Source: the human T2T-CHM13v2.0 reference genome, Homo sapiens. Taken from it: a stretch of DNA of 64,000 nucleotides. The stretch is from assembly GCF_009914755.1 (NCBI RefSeq), contig NC_060928.1, one strand, 5' to 3'. The translations under genes were made by a program, and so were the position numbers. Of this stretch, positions 1 to 13,460 are shown piece by piece (position 1 is the stretch's first letter; each line of letters begins with the position of its first letter). The notes under the pieces were generated by a model. That model saw only the letters and a program-made list of their open reading frames with translations. It had not been told where the DNA came from and searched no databases.

Positions 1-2394
1 CTCAAAATAAAAAGCTTAATAAAAATGCCTACTGATCTTCAGGAAGTTCAGTTCCCTGTTTTCCATAACTGATCTGAAAATAGGGGAAGGACAATTGAGA
101 ATTTAGGAGTTGTAAACTCTGAGGCTGATTTTCAGCGAACTACTCAAATTATTCTGATTTTTCCCCTTGATTCTTATTATGGATTGTAGGACATTCTTCC
201 TACTATTTTGGAGAAGAAAAAATGCCACCTCTCTATCATAGGACTTCTGTTTTACATATGATTTAAAAATCTATTAGCTGACTAATTTACACACTAGAAG
301 ATGAAACTTGGTTACATTAGATTCCATTGCCACAATTTATTTTAAAAATCAGAGTTCTCATCTTTCTTGTTTCTTCTTCCTGCCTTACTTTATTTTCTTT
401 TTTCCTTATTCTATTTGAACCCATATTTTCCTATATTGTACTGTTTAGTCTAAAAACTAGTAAGCATGCACATTGTTGATTAAATTAGCAATTGACGCTC
501 TTAAAATGAGAACTATAAAGACTCTTGAGCTTCCACACATTATGCTATGCTTGCCATATGCTTGGGTGTTCTTATTTTCGGAGAGAAGTAATGGAGATTA
601 TAAATGTTATTTTTAAAATTTACTGGTGATTTGTTGAGAAGATAAAGTAACAACACTATTACAGAGGGTTGCTCTTGATCTCCCAGGCCACCAGTGCAGT
701 CACCGAGCCCTCTGCAAACACCTGATAATGCTGAAGAGTGTGTTAGTCATTGTAGAGGAGCTGCTGTCATGACAAATAGGGGTTAAATTGTGAGAATTTC
801 AGGATATATTTTGGGGAAGGATTAAATAAATCAGGGGACTTGCTGACAGCAAATAGTATCTTTGATTTGAAACACAGAATCAGAGAATTGAGATGAATCC
901 CAGGTGGTGGTTGGGAGTTTGAAAAAGTCCCAGTGAGTTGGCTGACTAAGTGTAGACTTCATTTCAACATCATTAAATAGTCTTTAAGTGGTGACTTAAT
1001 AATTGTTGCCCCAAGAAAAGATTTTGCTAAATACAGAGGTGGAATTAAGTATATTAATCCAAGAAACATTTTATTTAAATGATTTTCCTAACAGTAAGGT
1101 TGGAAGGCCCTAGAACTGCTTCTAGGAGCTTGAAGTGCATTTAATAGTTAACTGTCAGAATGAAAAATGAAATTTTAAATTTCAACAATGCAATTAAGTT
1201 CTTATTTTCTTATGATAGTGAATAATAAATTTCATTCAAGGACGCCATTGGCAGATGTTGAAAAGAACCATTTTCACTCCACTAGCTTGCAGTGGACTAA
1301 GAGGTAGCAGGAAGGGAGATGGGTACTACAGATCCTGAAAAAACAAAACAACACAAAACAAAATCCACACCACAAATGGACACTTCCAGATGCTTACCAA
1401 CAGGAAGTGCCTTGGAGGACAAGGGCTGTGAGACAGGTGAACTCTAGGGAACAAGAATTCCTAGTTCCATGTCTGTTTACAAGAATTTGTCATGACTGGT
1501 TCACCTCACTTTATAGTTTCCTCAGACCAAAGAGACAAAGAAAAAGCAAAAAACAAAAACAACAAAAATTCTGAAACGAATGGACAATACAACCAAAACT
1601 TTAATATGAACCAAAACAAAAATTGGGCTGATTTTATGAGGTTGACTTAAAGTCAGGAAAAGAATGATAAACTTTTGAGAGGAAGAAAGAAATCATCAAA
1701 GCCACGAGGAGCTCAAAGTGGTGTTTAATAGCAGCTATCACATTGCGCCCGAGCCTTGACCACTTCTGACGCAGCTGTTTCGTTTTAAGATGTTCCCATT
1801 CCTGTTCCACTCACACAGTCCTCCACAGTGACCTGAGTGCACGCACCCAAGCCGGCAGGCCACTCTAGAAAACCGTAAACCCCTCAGAGAGTCACTGCAG
1901 GAATAGGGGAAATGGAAGTGATGAAATTCAATATAGCATTTAGCTGAATCATCATCTGAGGTTAAGCCCAGTGAACAATTAGCAGTATCGGGAGTCTCCT
2001 CGTACCTGTCAAAATCGCACCGACGGGATTTTGTGCAAAGTATGTATGTGTGTGGAAGTTGTTTTTTATGTTTAATAGCAATGGACCTGGGGTAGTAATT
2101 TAGATACAACTTTTTTAAAAAAATACTAAAGGGCAAGTGTGGTGAGAAGCTTCTTACTCAGGAGGATCTTTTCAAACATTGCAAAACATCAGGCCTTGAA
2201 ATAATTCATTTTATTAAGTAGCGCACTCTTGTCTTTTCATTCACAAAAGGAGGATGATTTATTATACAGATAAATGCTTGCATAGGATGATGAACACCTG
2301 TAGGAATGCATGATATTCTGGAAGTTGATCAAGGTCCACTGTACACCAGTAATTAGAGGTCATGATGATGATGATAATAATAATAATAATTAAT

Positions 2395-2590
2395 AATGGC
2401 ACATACTATGTGTCAGCTCCTGTTCTAACTTCGTTTCTCATATTAACTTATTTATTTTTCATGATTAGCCACTAAGATACAATTATTATCCCTGTTTTGT
2501 AGACAAGGAACTGAGTGAAGCTCAAAGAAGTAACTAGGATCACACTGTCACACAGGCAGGAATGAAACCCATGCAGATTGGCTCCTTAGT
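2395..2590 (-). mobile_element. MIR SINE fragment
   Basis: Reverse-complement MIR core (attattatccctgttttgtagacaaggaactgag), preceded by a (GAT)n(AAT)n microsatellite at ~2362-2397. Confidence 0.7.
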
Positions 2591-3230
2591 GTGCTCTCTG
2601 ATCTATTATCATTCATCACATATTTACTGAGCATCTAGTATATGAAAGGTATTAGGCTTTATGCAGGCAATACTTTAGCGAAGCCAGGGAGATGTCTCTG
2701 CCTTCTTTGAGCTTATAGCTTGGTGGGCAAAAAGCTAATGGTCTAACTGTATAAAAAACTTGATGTTGTGAAATGATATATGCCAATGTTTGCATGGTAT
2801 GATGATTTTGATTAAGCACCATAATAAAAATAGGGAGCCTGGGTCTCACACAGCCTTGATTGTCTTCTTCCTTCTGCTCCCCAGTGGAGTGGGTAGGAAG
2901 GTCACACCCTCAATGTCAGGCTCCTTCACTGTTCTCAGTGAGAGTCTCAGGTTGTAGGCTACATGAGCAGGTTTGCACCTGGATATGATTGTGGCAGTAA
3001 CAATAGATGTGACTATACACAGTGGCAGTGGCAGTAGGGGTGGGAGTTGGGTGATGGGATGATCTTAGAATGCAGTGTTGGTATTAACTCAGTTTTGTTT
3101 TGTTTTGATGTACAGCCAGCCATACGACTCTGGAATATGACTCTGGGTTTACCAACTTGGGGATGGCCCGGGGATTTAGGAGATGGCCCCAATGGCTCTC
3201 CTCTTTTTTAGAAAGGACTGTTCAAGTTCC

Positions 3231-3505
3231 TTTTTTTTTTTTTTTTTTCTTTTTAAACAGGATCTCGCTTTGTCACCCAGATCGGGGGCAGTGGTGTAAT
3301 CTCAGCTCACTTGAACCTTTGCCTCCCTGGCTCAAGTGATCCTCCTGCCTCAGGTGTGAGCCACCATGCCAGGCTAATTTTTGTATTTTTTGCAGAGACG
3401 GGGTTTCACCATGTTGCCCAGGCTGGTCTTAAGCTCCTGAGCTCAAGTGATCCATGTTTCTGCCTCCCAAAGTGCTGAGATTACGGTTTGAGCCACCACA
3501 TCTGG
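3231..3505 (-). mobile_element. AluJ-like SINE with internal deletion
   Basis: Poly-T, then antisense Alu; lacks the ~24-nt cctcccgagtagctgggactacag segment; heavily CpG-decayed. Confidence 0.9.
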
Positions 3506-5479
3506 TTTAAGCTATTTCTTCTAAAGATATAGTCACATCTATTATCTTTGACCCCTGCCTAAGCAATTCTGTTCAGATCTTAAGACTATTTCTTCCCGGG
3601 ATTCAAACTCAGAGTTAAGTAGAGTCAACTATATGAGGTATATGTGAGGTTAATTTTTGAAACTTTTATTTTTAATTTCATCTGGGATCTCCTCTAGGGA
3701 AGACCACTTTATGATTATGGGTTGCATTCCCAAGTTCAGTTGATTGAATTTATTCATACATTATTTAATAAATGTTTATTGAGACCGAAAATAAACTTGA
3801 AATCCTAGAATTCATTGGTTGTCTTAAAAATTCTAAATATGAAATGCTAACTTTAGCTTCATGAGTATTTAGAATAGAAAATAAATAATTCAAAAATTGT
3901 TCAGGAAAAAAATCCATGATTTATTCTACTCTGGAGGAGCATATTCAATTTAAAACATACCGATTCGTATAAACTTATTGGTAATGAGGCGATATACTTT
4001 TTATGAGAACATATCAAACCATAGACATTGAGATCCAGCATCTCCTGAGTGAGTAAAATGTCAGGGTTTTATTGATACTAATGATAATGGGAGTGACATA
4101 TGTGCATAGAGTAAGTCCATGGTTGAAAGCCTGGCTGATTAGGCGCTGCGTTCTGTGGTTTTTGCCACTTGTGTGTGATTAAACCCTGCAGAATAGAGTC
4201 TGTCGCCATGTATTTGGTTCGTGAAGAAAACTAGTAAAGTGATATTGAATGAATGATTCAGTTTCTCAAAAGGGTAGACTATTGGCCTAACACCTTCCTA
4301 ACTTGGAGCTGTCAGCGTGTTTAGTTTGGTTCTAATGGGAGCTAGGCTGGAGAAGAGAAAAGTTTTGTGAGAAAGGTTATGTGATATTAATAAGAACCAC
4401 ATTCCGTTTGATGTTTTCTCAAATGATTTTTTTTATCTTCCTAAGAAATTGAACGATTCAAAAATAATAAATCTTCCTTTTCTATGGCCCACAAATGATC
4501 AACATTTTGGATGATCAAAACAATTTTGTCTTTAAGATATCACAACTTCTAGTGCCTCTTTATTTGCCAGTGCTGATTTACAGCAGAAAGTATCACTTCA
4601 TATTTTTTCCAAGCATCAAAGTCATGTGTTTTACAAATATTCACAAGTGCTTAAAATCCATGAACCTCTCTCTGTATTCCTATTTTTTTATTCTTCTATA
4701 AGTATGTATTTAAATTGGTTAAACAGATGGCTTTCTACTTTTGAAAAAAAAAAACCCACTAAGAATATTCACCTCAAGATGGAGAACTCATAGGTTAAAT
4801 TTCATTCTGGAATGCACGTTTACAACCAGGTAATTAACCTTTGAAAATGAGGGCACTCGAAGGAAACAAGGAAAATCTTAACAAGATGATCTCACTAACG
4901 CTGGTGTGTTAGACTTCTCAGAAGTAGAGATGCCCCAGAAGTTTAACAATGAAAAACTTTAAAATATTTTTAAAAACATAGTTAATCTTTGTAGCTTTCC
5001 AGTTTTCGTCCTTTATTACGATAACCTTAGGAGGTAAACGCTTCAAGGGGTGTATCCTTATAATAATAGGAATTGGTACACAGATTTTGGTGGAAAGATG
5101 GAGGTGTCAACATTAACCAGTCAACATATATTTGTTGACTGCCTACCACATGCACAAGTCTCTTCCATGCTTGCGAAGAGATACAGTGATGTGCAATGTG
5201 TAGAATCTGCCCTTCATGAGCTTTTGATTTAGTTAGTCTGAGAAGGAATAGATCAGTGAAAAGTTAAAAGGAATAATAGATGGAGTGTTGAGGCAGTCCA
5301 TGATTGTTATCTGAGACATTGAGTTTACAATGCTAAGTTAAAAGAATGAGAGATCACTATGGGATAGAATGGACAGGAAGAGTTCCTCTCCTTGAAGCTT
5401 GCATTAAGCCATAAAAGACAAAGCAATTTTGGAAATGCAGAATTTGGAGATATGAAGAAAGAATAATTCCCAGAAAGGG

Positions 5480-5670
5480 AGAAGAGTTTTGGAGCCGGAC
5501 AGATCTGGGTTCAAATCTTGGTTCTCTTGTTCTCTAGCTGTGTAATCTTGGGAAGTTACTTAGCTTTTATGGACATCTTCTATAAAAAGGATATGATAGC
5601 GACTATTTTGTTAATTTTTTAGGATTAATTGAGATAATATATATAAAGTGTTTTAAGCACTTGATAAAAG
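5480..5670 (+). mobile_element. MIR SINE embedded in L2 remnants
   Basis: ggagccggacagatctgggttcaaatc...agctgtgtaatcttgggaagttactt matches the MIR 5' core. Confidence 0.75.
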
Positions 5671-7027
5671 GTAATCCTCTCAGTTGGAGAGAACATCCTA
5701 AACAAGTCTGGAGGAAGGAGACAGCCAGCCATGTTCATGGGACAAAAAGAAGACTATTATGAGTGGAGGGAAAGATTAAGAGAAGTAGAGTGAGATCACA
5801 TGGAAAGATAAATTAGGATTAGCTTCAGCCATTCACTTGTTTCTTCATTTAATACTTTATTGCACTCTTTATGTGGGAAGCTCTCTCATGTGGGAAACCC
5901 TCTGCTCGGCATGGATATGCAGAGACAAAGAAAACTTAGCCTTGGATTTCTCTTGAATGTCAGGTTAAGGAGTTGGAACTTCATGCTGAGGAGAATTATA
6001 TCTTTCAAAAGTGGAGGAGCTTGAAAGTAGCATTTTTGGATAGTTAACATGGAATGTGATTCTTGTGACCCAAGATATGCATTAAGTTACCATCTCCTAG
6101 TGGTTGATGGTTAATGTTGTGCCTGGAGATGTGACCCAGATTCTCTTGTAGGTCATTCCTGACAGAGGGTCCATTCCAATGAGTGAGGAAGAGGAGCTTC
6201 TGGGCTGAACTTAATCTCATCTCCTGAAATAAAGCAATGACATTGAAATTTTTCATATTGCACTTGTGTTTACATTTCTCATCTAATCTGAGATATTCCA
6301 CGTTTTATTTCATTATTTGGTGAGTCTTGCTTTGGGCCTGCAGTCTTGGTGACCCTTATTAGTTGCACTGGAATAGCTGTCTATTCAGGGAGAAGTAGAA
6401 TCCTGGGAATCTGGTCTTCAGTGACTTTCTCCATGATCATGAATTTCATGAGAGGAGGTCCCCTTCCTGTTAGTAGATCTCTATAGCAAGAGGTTCTGAG
6501 GCACACAAGCACACTGGATACTCACCTACAGTTCTAGTTTAACTGATGGAACATAGGTATTTCTTTCATGAAACTTTGCCTGGATAAACAGCTTCTGTAT
6601 CTTCTAGTGACAAAATTTTGCCTCCTGTTTTCCCCTCTAGCTCTAGTCTTAATCTCTACTTCCTTGTTCAGTCCAAGGCTCAGGAGAACCCAGATCATAT
6701 AAGATATGGAACCTATTGCTTCCTAGGATGTCCTTGTACACAGTGACTAACTGCTAATTTCAAGGATCAATTTCTTTCTGGAGTTAGAATCATATTATAT
6801 TATGTTTCAGAACTGAAATAAAATTCTTTTAAGGTGATTATATTTTGGCTCTCAGCTTGGAAGATGCCACTGGGGCATGGCATACAAGACACATAACTTA
6901 TAGGAGGACCTCCTTTAATGCCCAAGTGCCAGCTTCATGCTTGTTGTTATATATCATTTTATTCCTGGCTTTGATGCCCACACACAGACATATATCCACA
7001 CAAAGTTCAATCTATATATTTTTTGTA

Positions 7028-7285
7028 GCTGTTTAGCTCAGGTGATTAGGGCATTGAGCTAATGAGAACAAGGTCACAGTTTCAGTCTTTGTGTGGGCCA
7101 GCAAGGTTTGCTTTGTTCAGAGGCCACAGACCTGGTCCAGCCAGCTGTCCAGCACATGTCTGCCCCAAGTCATGAGAGGACGGGGCAGGAGTGTGTGGAT
7201 GGACAAGAGCAAATCCATCACCACCCTTAGAAAAAGTCAAGTCAAGCACGTGTTCTACTAATGGGGGTCAATAATGTCTCATTTA
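7028..7285 (+). mobile_element. tRNA-derived ancient SINE, MamSINE1-like
   Basis: Head gctgtttagctcaggtgattagggcattgagctaatgagaacaaggtcacag...gtgtgggcca resembles tRNA-Ile(AAT); body has ggccacagac, gtgtggatgga and gcaaatccatcacca as in the recalled MamSINE1 consensus. Confidence 0.75.
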
Positions 7286-7999
7286 AATGGGGCTGACATT
7301 TTATTACCTCTTGCTGAGAGGGTCTTTTGAGCACCAAATTTAAACATTGTCGCTTTTTTGTGTGAATTTATTTCTAATAAATGGAAGGTTGTACAAGACC
7401 TTAGATGATTACAGGTTTCCAAATACAGATTAATGACTTCAATATTTAAGAAGTTGATGTGATATTAAAAAAGAAAGTTCAGTATGGCTATTCAGTTATC
7501 TTCCCTTATTAAAATCTGTTTTGGCTAATGAAATAAAAAGTTCATAAGTTCTTCCGAGAGTAAGTGAGAATCATTGCCTTCATTCAAGAATGAAAACATT
7601 ATTATTAAACTCATTGATAATGAGACCATTAAAAGTTAGCATGAAGCAGGTACAATACAATTCTTTATTATTGAAGTCTTCAGATATTACCCAGCCTACA
7701 CATCCCACCTTTCATTTTTAGGCAAACAAATTCCCCAAACTATATTTTTTTTAAATTTAGCATTAGGTCTTGTTAGGCTTCAAATGGGATCAAAACCAAT
7801 CCTTTCCAAAGTGTTCTACCCCAGCTGTTTCCCTCACCTGGGTGGTAGTGAGTATAAAGGCATTTGATACAGAAGGGGGTGGTGGGGCAGAGAACAGAAA
7901 GGAAACTTGGTGAGAGAATGATGAAGAATGATATATTAGAGATTCTTTTAAAATTCATTCATTAAACAAATGTAGCATAATGGAAATGTCTATTAAATT

Positions 8000-8900
8000 T
8001 TTTGGCATAGGTAATGCACTTGCAAGGGTAAAAACAGAAATATGAGATGGTATTTTATGAAAAGTTTTGCTCACCCCGCATCCATCATGAACCCAATTCT
8101 ACTGCCCTTGTATAGCCATTTTTATTAGTTTCTTGTGTACTCTTTCAGAATTTCTTTATGCCAATATATCTTAAACTCTTTCCTTTTTTTCATACAAAAA
8201 TTAACACCCTATCAATTTTGTTCCTGGCAGGGTGAGGTGGCTCACACCTGTAATCCTAGCACTTTGGGAGGCCCATGCGGGAGAATTACTTGAGCCCAGG
8301 AGTTTGAGACCAGCCTGGGCAGCTTAGGGAAACCCTGTCTTTATAAAAAAATAAAAAATTAGCCAAGCATGGTTGGTGTGTGCCTGTAGTCTCAGATAAC
8401 TCAGGAGGCTGAGGCAGGAGGATCACTTGCACCAGAAGGTTGAGGCTGCAGTGAGCCATGATTGCACCATTGCACTGCAGTCTGGGTGACAGAGAAAAAC
8501 TCTGTCTCAAAAAAAAGGTCTTGAGCTTGCTTTTTCTACTTAACAATATGTTTTGTAAATCTTTCTGTATACGCAAAGTAGCCTCATTTTTCATAGTTGT
8601 ATATCATTCTATTGATGTGCCACACTTTATTTATCTACCCCCTTATTGATGGACCTTCATATAGTTTCTAATATTTTCTATTACAGACAACAATGTATTG
8701 AATTACTTTGGAATGCATTAGGTAGAAAGCATTCTTCTTTCTTTAAACATTTGCGTAGCATTCCACTGAATGGCTATATCATAACTTATTTCTCTAGCCC
8801 CCTATTGATCGTCATTGAGTTTCCAATCTTTTATTTTTAAAGACAATGTCATAATGAATAACTTTATACATGTATTATCTTATATATGTGGAATTAAATT
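8000..8900 (-). mobile_element. Old L1M (L1ME/MC-like) 3' fragments, interrupted by an Alu
   Basis: ttattagtttcttgtgtactctttcaga and gctttttctacttaacaatatg-type L1M 3' motifs. Confidence 0.55.
8226..8516 (+). mobile_element. AluJ SINE
   Basis: Dimeric Alu with J-type ttgagcccaggag and gaggctgcagtgagccatgatt. Confidence 0.92.
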
Positions 8901-8954
8901 TACCATGTCTAGATAATTTTATTTGAATGCAATTAAGTATGATATCAAAAATTA

Positions 8955-10020
8955 TAAAATCAAAACTGCAGTGAGAATTCATCTTACCCCATGTAAAATG
9001 ACTCTTATCCAAAAGAGAGGTGATCATGAATGCTGATGAGAATGTGGAGAAAGGGGAACCTTCATACACTGTTGGTGGGAATGTAAATTAGTACAGCACT
9101 ATGGAGAACAGTAGAGATTCCTCAAAAAACTAAAAATAGAACTACCATACAATCTATCAATCCCACTGCTGGGTATATATCCAAAAGAAAAGAAATCAGT
9201 ATATTGAAGAGATATCTGCACTCTCATGTTTATTACAACACTATTCACAGTAGCCAAGACATGGAAGCAACCTAACTGTCCATCAACAGATGAGTGGGTA
9301 AGGAAAATATGGTACATATACACAGTAGAATATTATTCAGTCATAAAAAAGAATAAAATATTAGTTGGGCATGGTAGCATGCACCTGTAGTCCCAGCAAC
9401 CAGGGAGGCCTAGGTGGGAGGATTGCTTCAGTCCAGGGAAGTCGAGGCTGCAGTGAGCCCTGATCACACCACTGCACTCCAGCCTGGGCAATATAGCGAG
9501 ACCCTGTCTCCAAAAGAAAAAAAAAAAGAATACAGAATGAAATTCTGTCATTTGCAACAACATGGATAAAACTGGAGGACATTATGTTAGGTGAAATAAG
9601 CCAGGTACCGAACGACATATTTCACATGTTCCCACTCATATGTGGGAGCTAAAAATTAAAACAATTGAACTCATGGGGAGAGTAGCATGATCATTACCAG
9701 AGGCTGGGAAGGGTAGTGGGAGGAAGGAATAAAGTAGGGATGGTCAGTGGATACAAAAACACAGTTAGAAGGAATAAGATCTAGTGTTCTGTAGCACAAC
9801 AGGGTGACTATAGTTAACAATAACTTATTGTATATTTTAAAATAACGAAAAGAGTGGAATTGGAATGTCCCTGGCACAAAGAAATGATAAATGCTTGAGG
9901 CAGTGAACACCCTAATTATCCTAATTTGATCGTTACACATTGTATGCCTTCATGAAAACATCACATGTGCCCCATAAATGTATACTGTTATCATGTACCC
10001 ATCATAATTTTAAAAAATAG
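8955..10020 (+). mobile_element. L1MA-type LINE-1 3' end (ORF2 C-terminus plus 3'UTR)
   Basis: tacactgttggtgggaatgtaaattagtacag...; aagatctagtgttctgtagcacaacagggtgactatagttaacaataac; interrupted by an Alu monomer. Confidence 0.88.
9362..9527 (+). mobile_element. Alu right monomer (FRAM or 5'-truncated AluJ)
   Basis: Single arm with A tail; aaaaaagaata present on both sides. Confidence 0.85.
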
Positions 10021-11594
10021 AAAAGAATTATCACAATTATTTTAAATGAAGAAGCACTAAGTAGGAAATAAGGTACAATTTAATTCAGAATAGCTTTCCT
10101 TAGTAGTGTTCAACCTACTGTACACATCAACAACACGCCCTTGCAGTTAACATTGTTGCTGGATGTTTACTGTTATGTGTGACCAGCTGACATGTCCCTC
10201 TAAAGAAAGAGGATTTAAATAAGTCATGTATGAAAGACTGGGTAAAGGTGAGACACTGTAAGACCTAGATTATTTTGGGGCTGTAGCAATCAGATTAGCT
10301 ATTGAGTATTCATTCATAAATTCATTCACTTCACTGAGTCATCCACTTCTTGTCAGATTCTGTATTTATTCATCTCCTAGTAAGCTACTCATTGTGCTAA
10401 AATGCTGGTAAACAGAAGTACAAAGCACCAGTTATAACTCACAGTCTTGTAGAGGAATTAAGAAATGGACAGGAAACAGTAAGGGTGCATTGTAGGTATC
10501 TCAAGAATGATATAAAGTGTTATGGCAGATCTAAGGAGGAAGACATGACTTTCCATAGATAATGGATGGTGGCATCTGTTCTGGAGTACCAGAAAATTAG
10601 AGTAACAAAAACACAGCAGGATAGATTTTCTTACAATGCAGTGATTCATACAAAGGCTACCTTGACTGTTAGTTTGTGACTGGAAACTCTCAGTCAGGGC
10701 TGACGGAGGGAGTCCTGCCCCTGCCAGCTGTTCACCTTTCCCTGGTGCTGGGGTTGACACTTCACATGCTCACATAGTCTGGTTCTGTGCTGTCTACTAG
10801 GGTTGAGTGTGCTGCTGGGCAGAGAATTTTGGCATTTCTCCAGATGCACATGAGGGGCAGACCGCCTCAGCAGTTGCTAATGACCCAAAGAAGCCTTCTT
10901 TCATGACTTATTTTGTCCCCTCATTTTATTTTTTGATGTATTTTGGTGAGCTGAGCTACTACCTTCTCAGGCAGTCCCAACCTCAGAAAATTAACCATGT
11001 AGCTTTCTCATATCTGACATTGCAAATTGAGGCAAGGTCGCATGCTTTCTGACTACCTGACTGCCTGGGCATTTCTTTCATGCAACTTGTTTAAGCCGCC
11101 CATCCTGATCCCTGTTGCTAAGCCACCATGGCTGCATTTGGACGCAGTTCTTCCCAGCTTTGCCGCAGCATAACTGTGGAAAGGATCTTGATGAATTTGG
11201 ACCTGGGGAGGGACGTGGGAGGAAAGAGAAATGGTCTAATGGAAGAAAGTGAACAAACAAAGACATGCTCACAGAAAACTGCCAAGTGTGAGGGGTGGGA
11301 AAACAGAGTTCAGCCTGGCTGAACGTAGGAATCTGGATGGGAATGGTAGATCTTAGGCTCCTGTTTTTCAGCTTGCCGCTCTAGTGATGATTCTTGTAGA
11401 TATATTTTTCCAAGTAAAAGGAGCATTTCCAAGTGACTGTTGTTTAAAATAAAGTACATGTTGCATTTGTAATGTATGAATTATGAGTATTAAAACTGAC
11501 AATGAAATGAGAGTAATATACTTAATTAAAATTAATTAGATCTGTTGGCACACCACTAGAAGGACAAATATGATATTTAATATATCACTCTACT

Positions 11595-11812
11595 CCAGAC
11601 CTGTCCAATTAAACTTTTGGCCATGATAGAAACGTTCCATATCTGTTGTCCAAAAACAGTAACCCCTAGTCACATGTGGCTATTGAGAACTTGAAATGAG
11701 GCTAGTGCAACTGAAAACTGAATTTTAACTTTGTTTAATTTCAGTGAAATTTAATTTGAATTTAAATGGCCCCCTGTGAGCTAGTAGCTACCGTATTGGA
11801 CAGGGAAGCTCT
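11595..11812. mobile_element. MER3 hAT-Charlie MITE
   Basis: ctgtccaat...tagtcacatgtggctattgagaacttgaaatg...gctaccgtattggacag with inverted termini. Confidence 0.85.
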
Positions 11813-13153
11813 AAACAGGGTTCTAAACATGTGGAATTAACAGCACTTAAGAGCTGGAGTAGACCTTAACCTTTACCAGGTCTCAAACTTTGATTTACAA
11901 ATGGGGAAATGGCAGCCAAGAAGGTGAAACACCTTGTCCAGAGGCACACTAGTAGGAATTAGCAGAACTGGAACCTGGTGTTTGGATGTCCTGGCTCCCG
12001 GCCTGGGGGACTCTTGATTCCAACACGCTCTCTCCCAGTTATGACAGAGGGCTGTGGCTGGACCCAGGTAAGGATGCTGGGTTGGTAGATTGAGAAAATA
12101 AGGCCACGCGTAGTCTTTCAAATCAACCAAGCAAGAGATATTTGCTGTACATGGTGGCAGACACTGAGATCAACAGAGAGGTTGTTGTGGTGTGGGGGAG
12201 GGCCTGTAAAATGGCATAAGGAGACTACTGGGAAAAACAGGATAGTGATAGATTATATATCTCTATATTTATCTTTCTATATAATCTACCCTGTTTTCCC
12301 AAATGGATTTCCCAAATGTGTGTCACTTGTATATCTGGCTGTCACTGGTACAAGGTAGTCCAAATGGACAGGGTACGCAAACCCCAGACAGGGCTATGGA
12401 AATTTAGGGAGATCTGTGTGGGTGAGTGGTCGGGGAGAGCTTCAGGGATAGGACAGGCTTGACTTATATTAGATAGTGTAACACAGAAGGTAAAATACAA
12501 CTTTAGGATCATTCAAATTTAACAGTGGTTGATATGAAACAAACTTCTTATCCAGAGTTGGTTTTGTATTCTTGCTTTCTGTATTAATTATATGTGTTTA
12601 CTGATTCACCACAATCAGCTATACTGTCCCTAGAATTTTAAAATGTGAAAAGAATGTGGTTTGTTTCAGGACTATTTTTCTGTAGAATGGTGATTGTATA
12701 GAATTAATTAATATTACAGTTGCATTATTAGACCACAGTAAGGTAAATGGTCACAAAAGACCATACATTTAAATCAGGAGAAAAGTAATGGCTATTGTTA
12801 TCCTGTAGGCATAGCTGGGAAATCATATCCTTACTTGGCTTGCTAAAGTCTTAACCTAGTACTACATGACAGTATCTCCAGAGATTTTTTTTTCCCATTC
12901 GTAGGCACAACAAATGAGACCCAAGTGCTCATAGAACATTCCAAAGAGTCAACAGAGAGAAGTGGAAAGTATTAGAAACATGATTGTGTTTGCAAAGGGA
13001 GACATAAACGTAAGTTAAAGGGGGAATGAAAAGTCATCTATTACCTACACTTGAAGTGCTTATTGCGGATAGTTCTTAAAACTTTTTGTTTTTCTGATTT
13101 TATAAACGTAATATGTGCTTATTGTATTCATCTGGGAAAATAAAGAAAAGATA

Positions 13154-13460
13154 GGCCGGGCGCGGTGGCTCGCCTGTAATCCCAGCACTTTGGGAGGCCA
13201 AGGCAGGCGGATCACGAGGTCAGGAGATTGAGACCATCCTGGCTAAGATGGTGAAACTCCGTTTCTACTAAAAATACAGAAACAATTAGCCAGGCGTGGT
13301 GTCAGGTGCCTGCAGTCCCAGCTCCTCAGGAGGCTGGGGGAGGAGAATTGCTTGAACCTGGGAGGCAGATGTTGCAGTGAGCCGAGATCACGCTACTGCA
13401 CTCCAGCCTGGACGACAGAGCGAGACTTCGTCTCAGAAAACAAAAACAACAAAAAAAAAA
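13154..13460 (+). mobile_element. AluSc/Y-like SINE
   Basis: ggatcacgaggtcaggagattgagaccatcctggctaa; A-rich tail. Confidence 0.93.

Noticed and set aside
1738-2136. 132-aa minus-strand ORF
   Set aside because: Non-ATG start, no recognisable domain, and length compatible with chance
5871-5900. Two direct tgtgggaa (RBPJ-like) motifs 17 bp apart
   Set aside because: Small local duplication in an L2 remnant; not the head-to-head paired-site geometry
7028-7100. tRNA-Ile-like gene
   Set aside because: T-loop/B box and stems are degraded and the sequence continues into a SINE body
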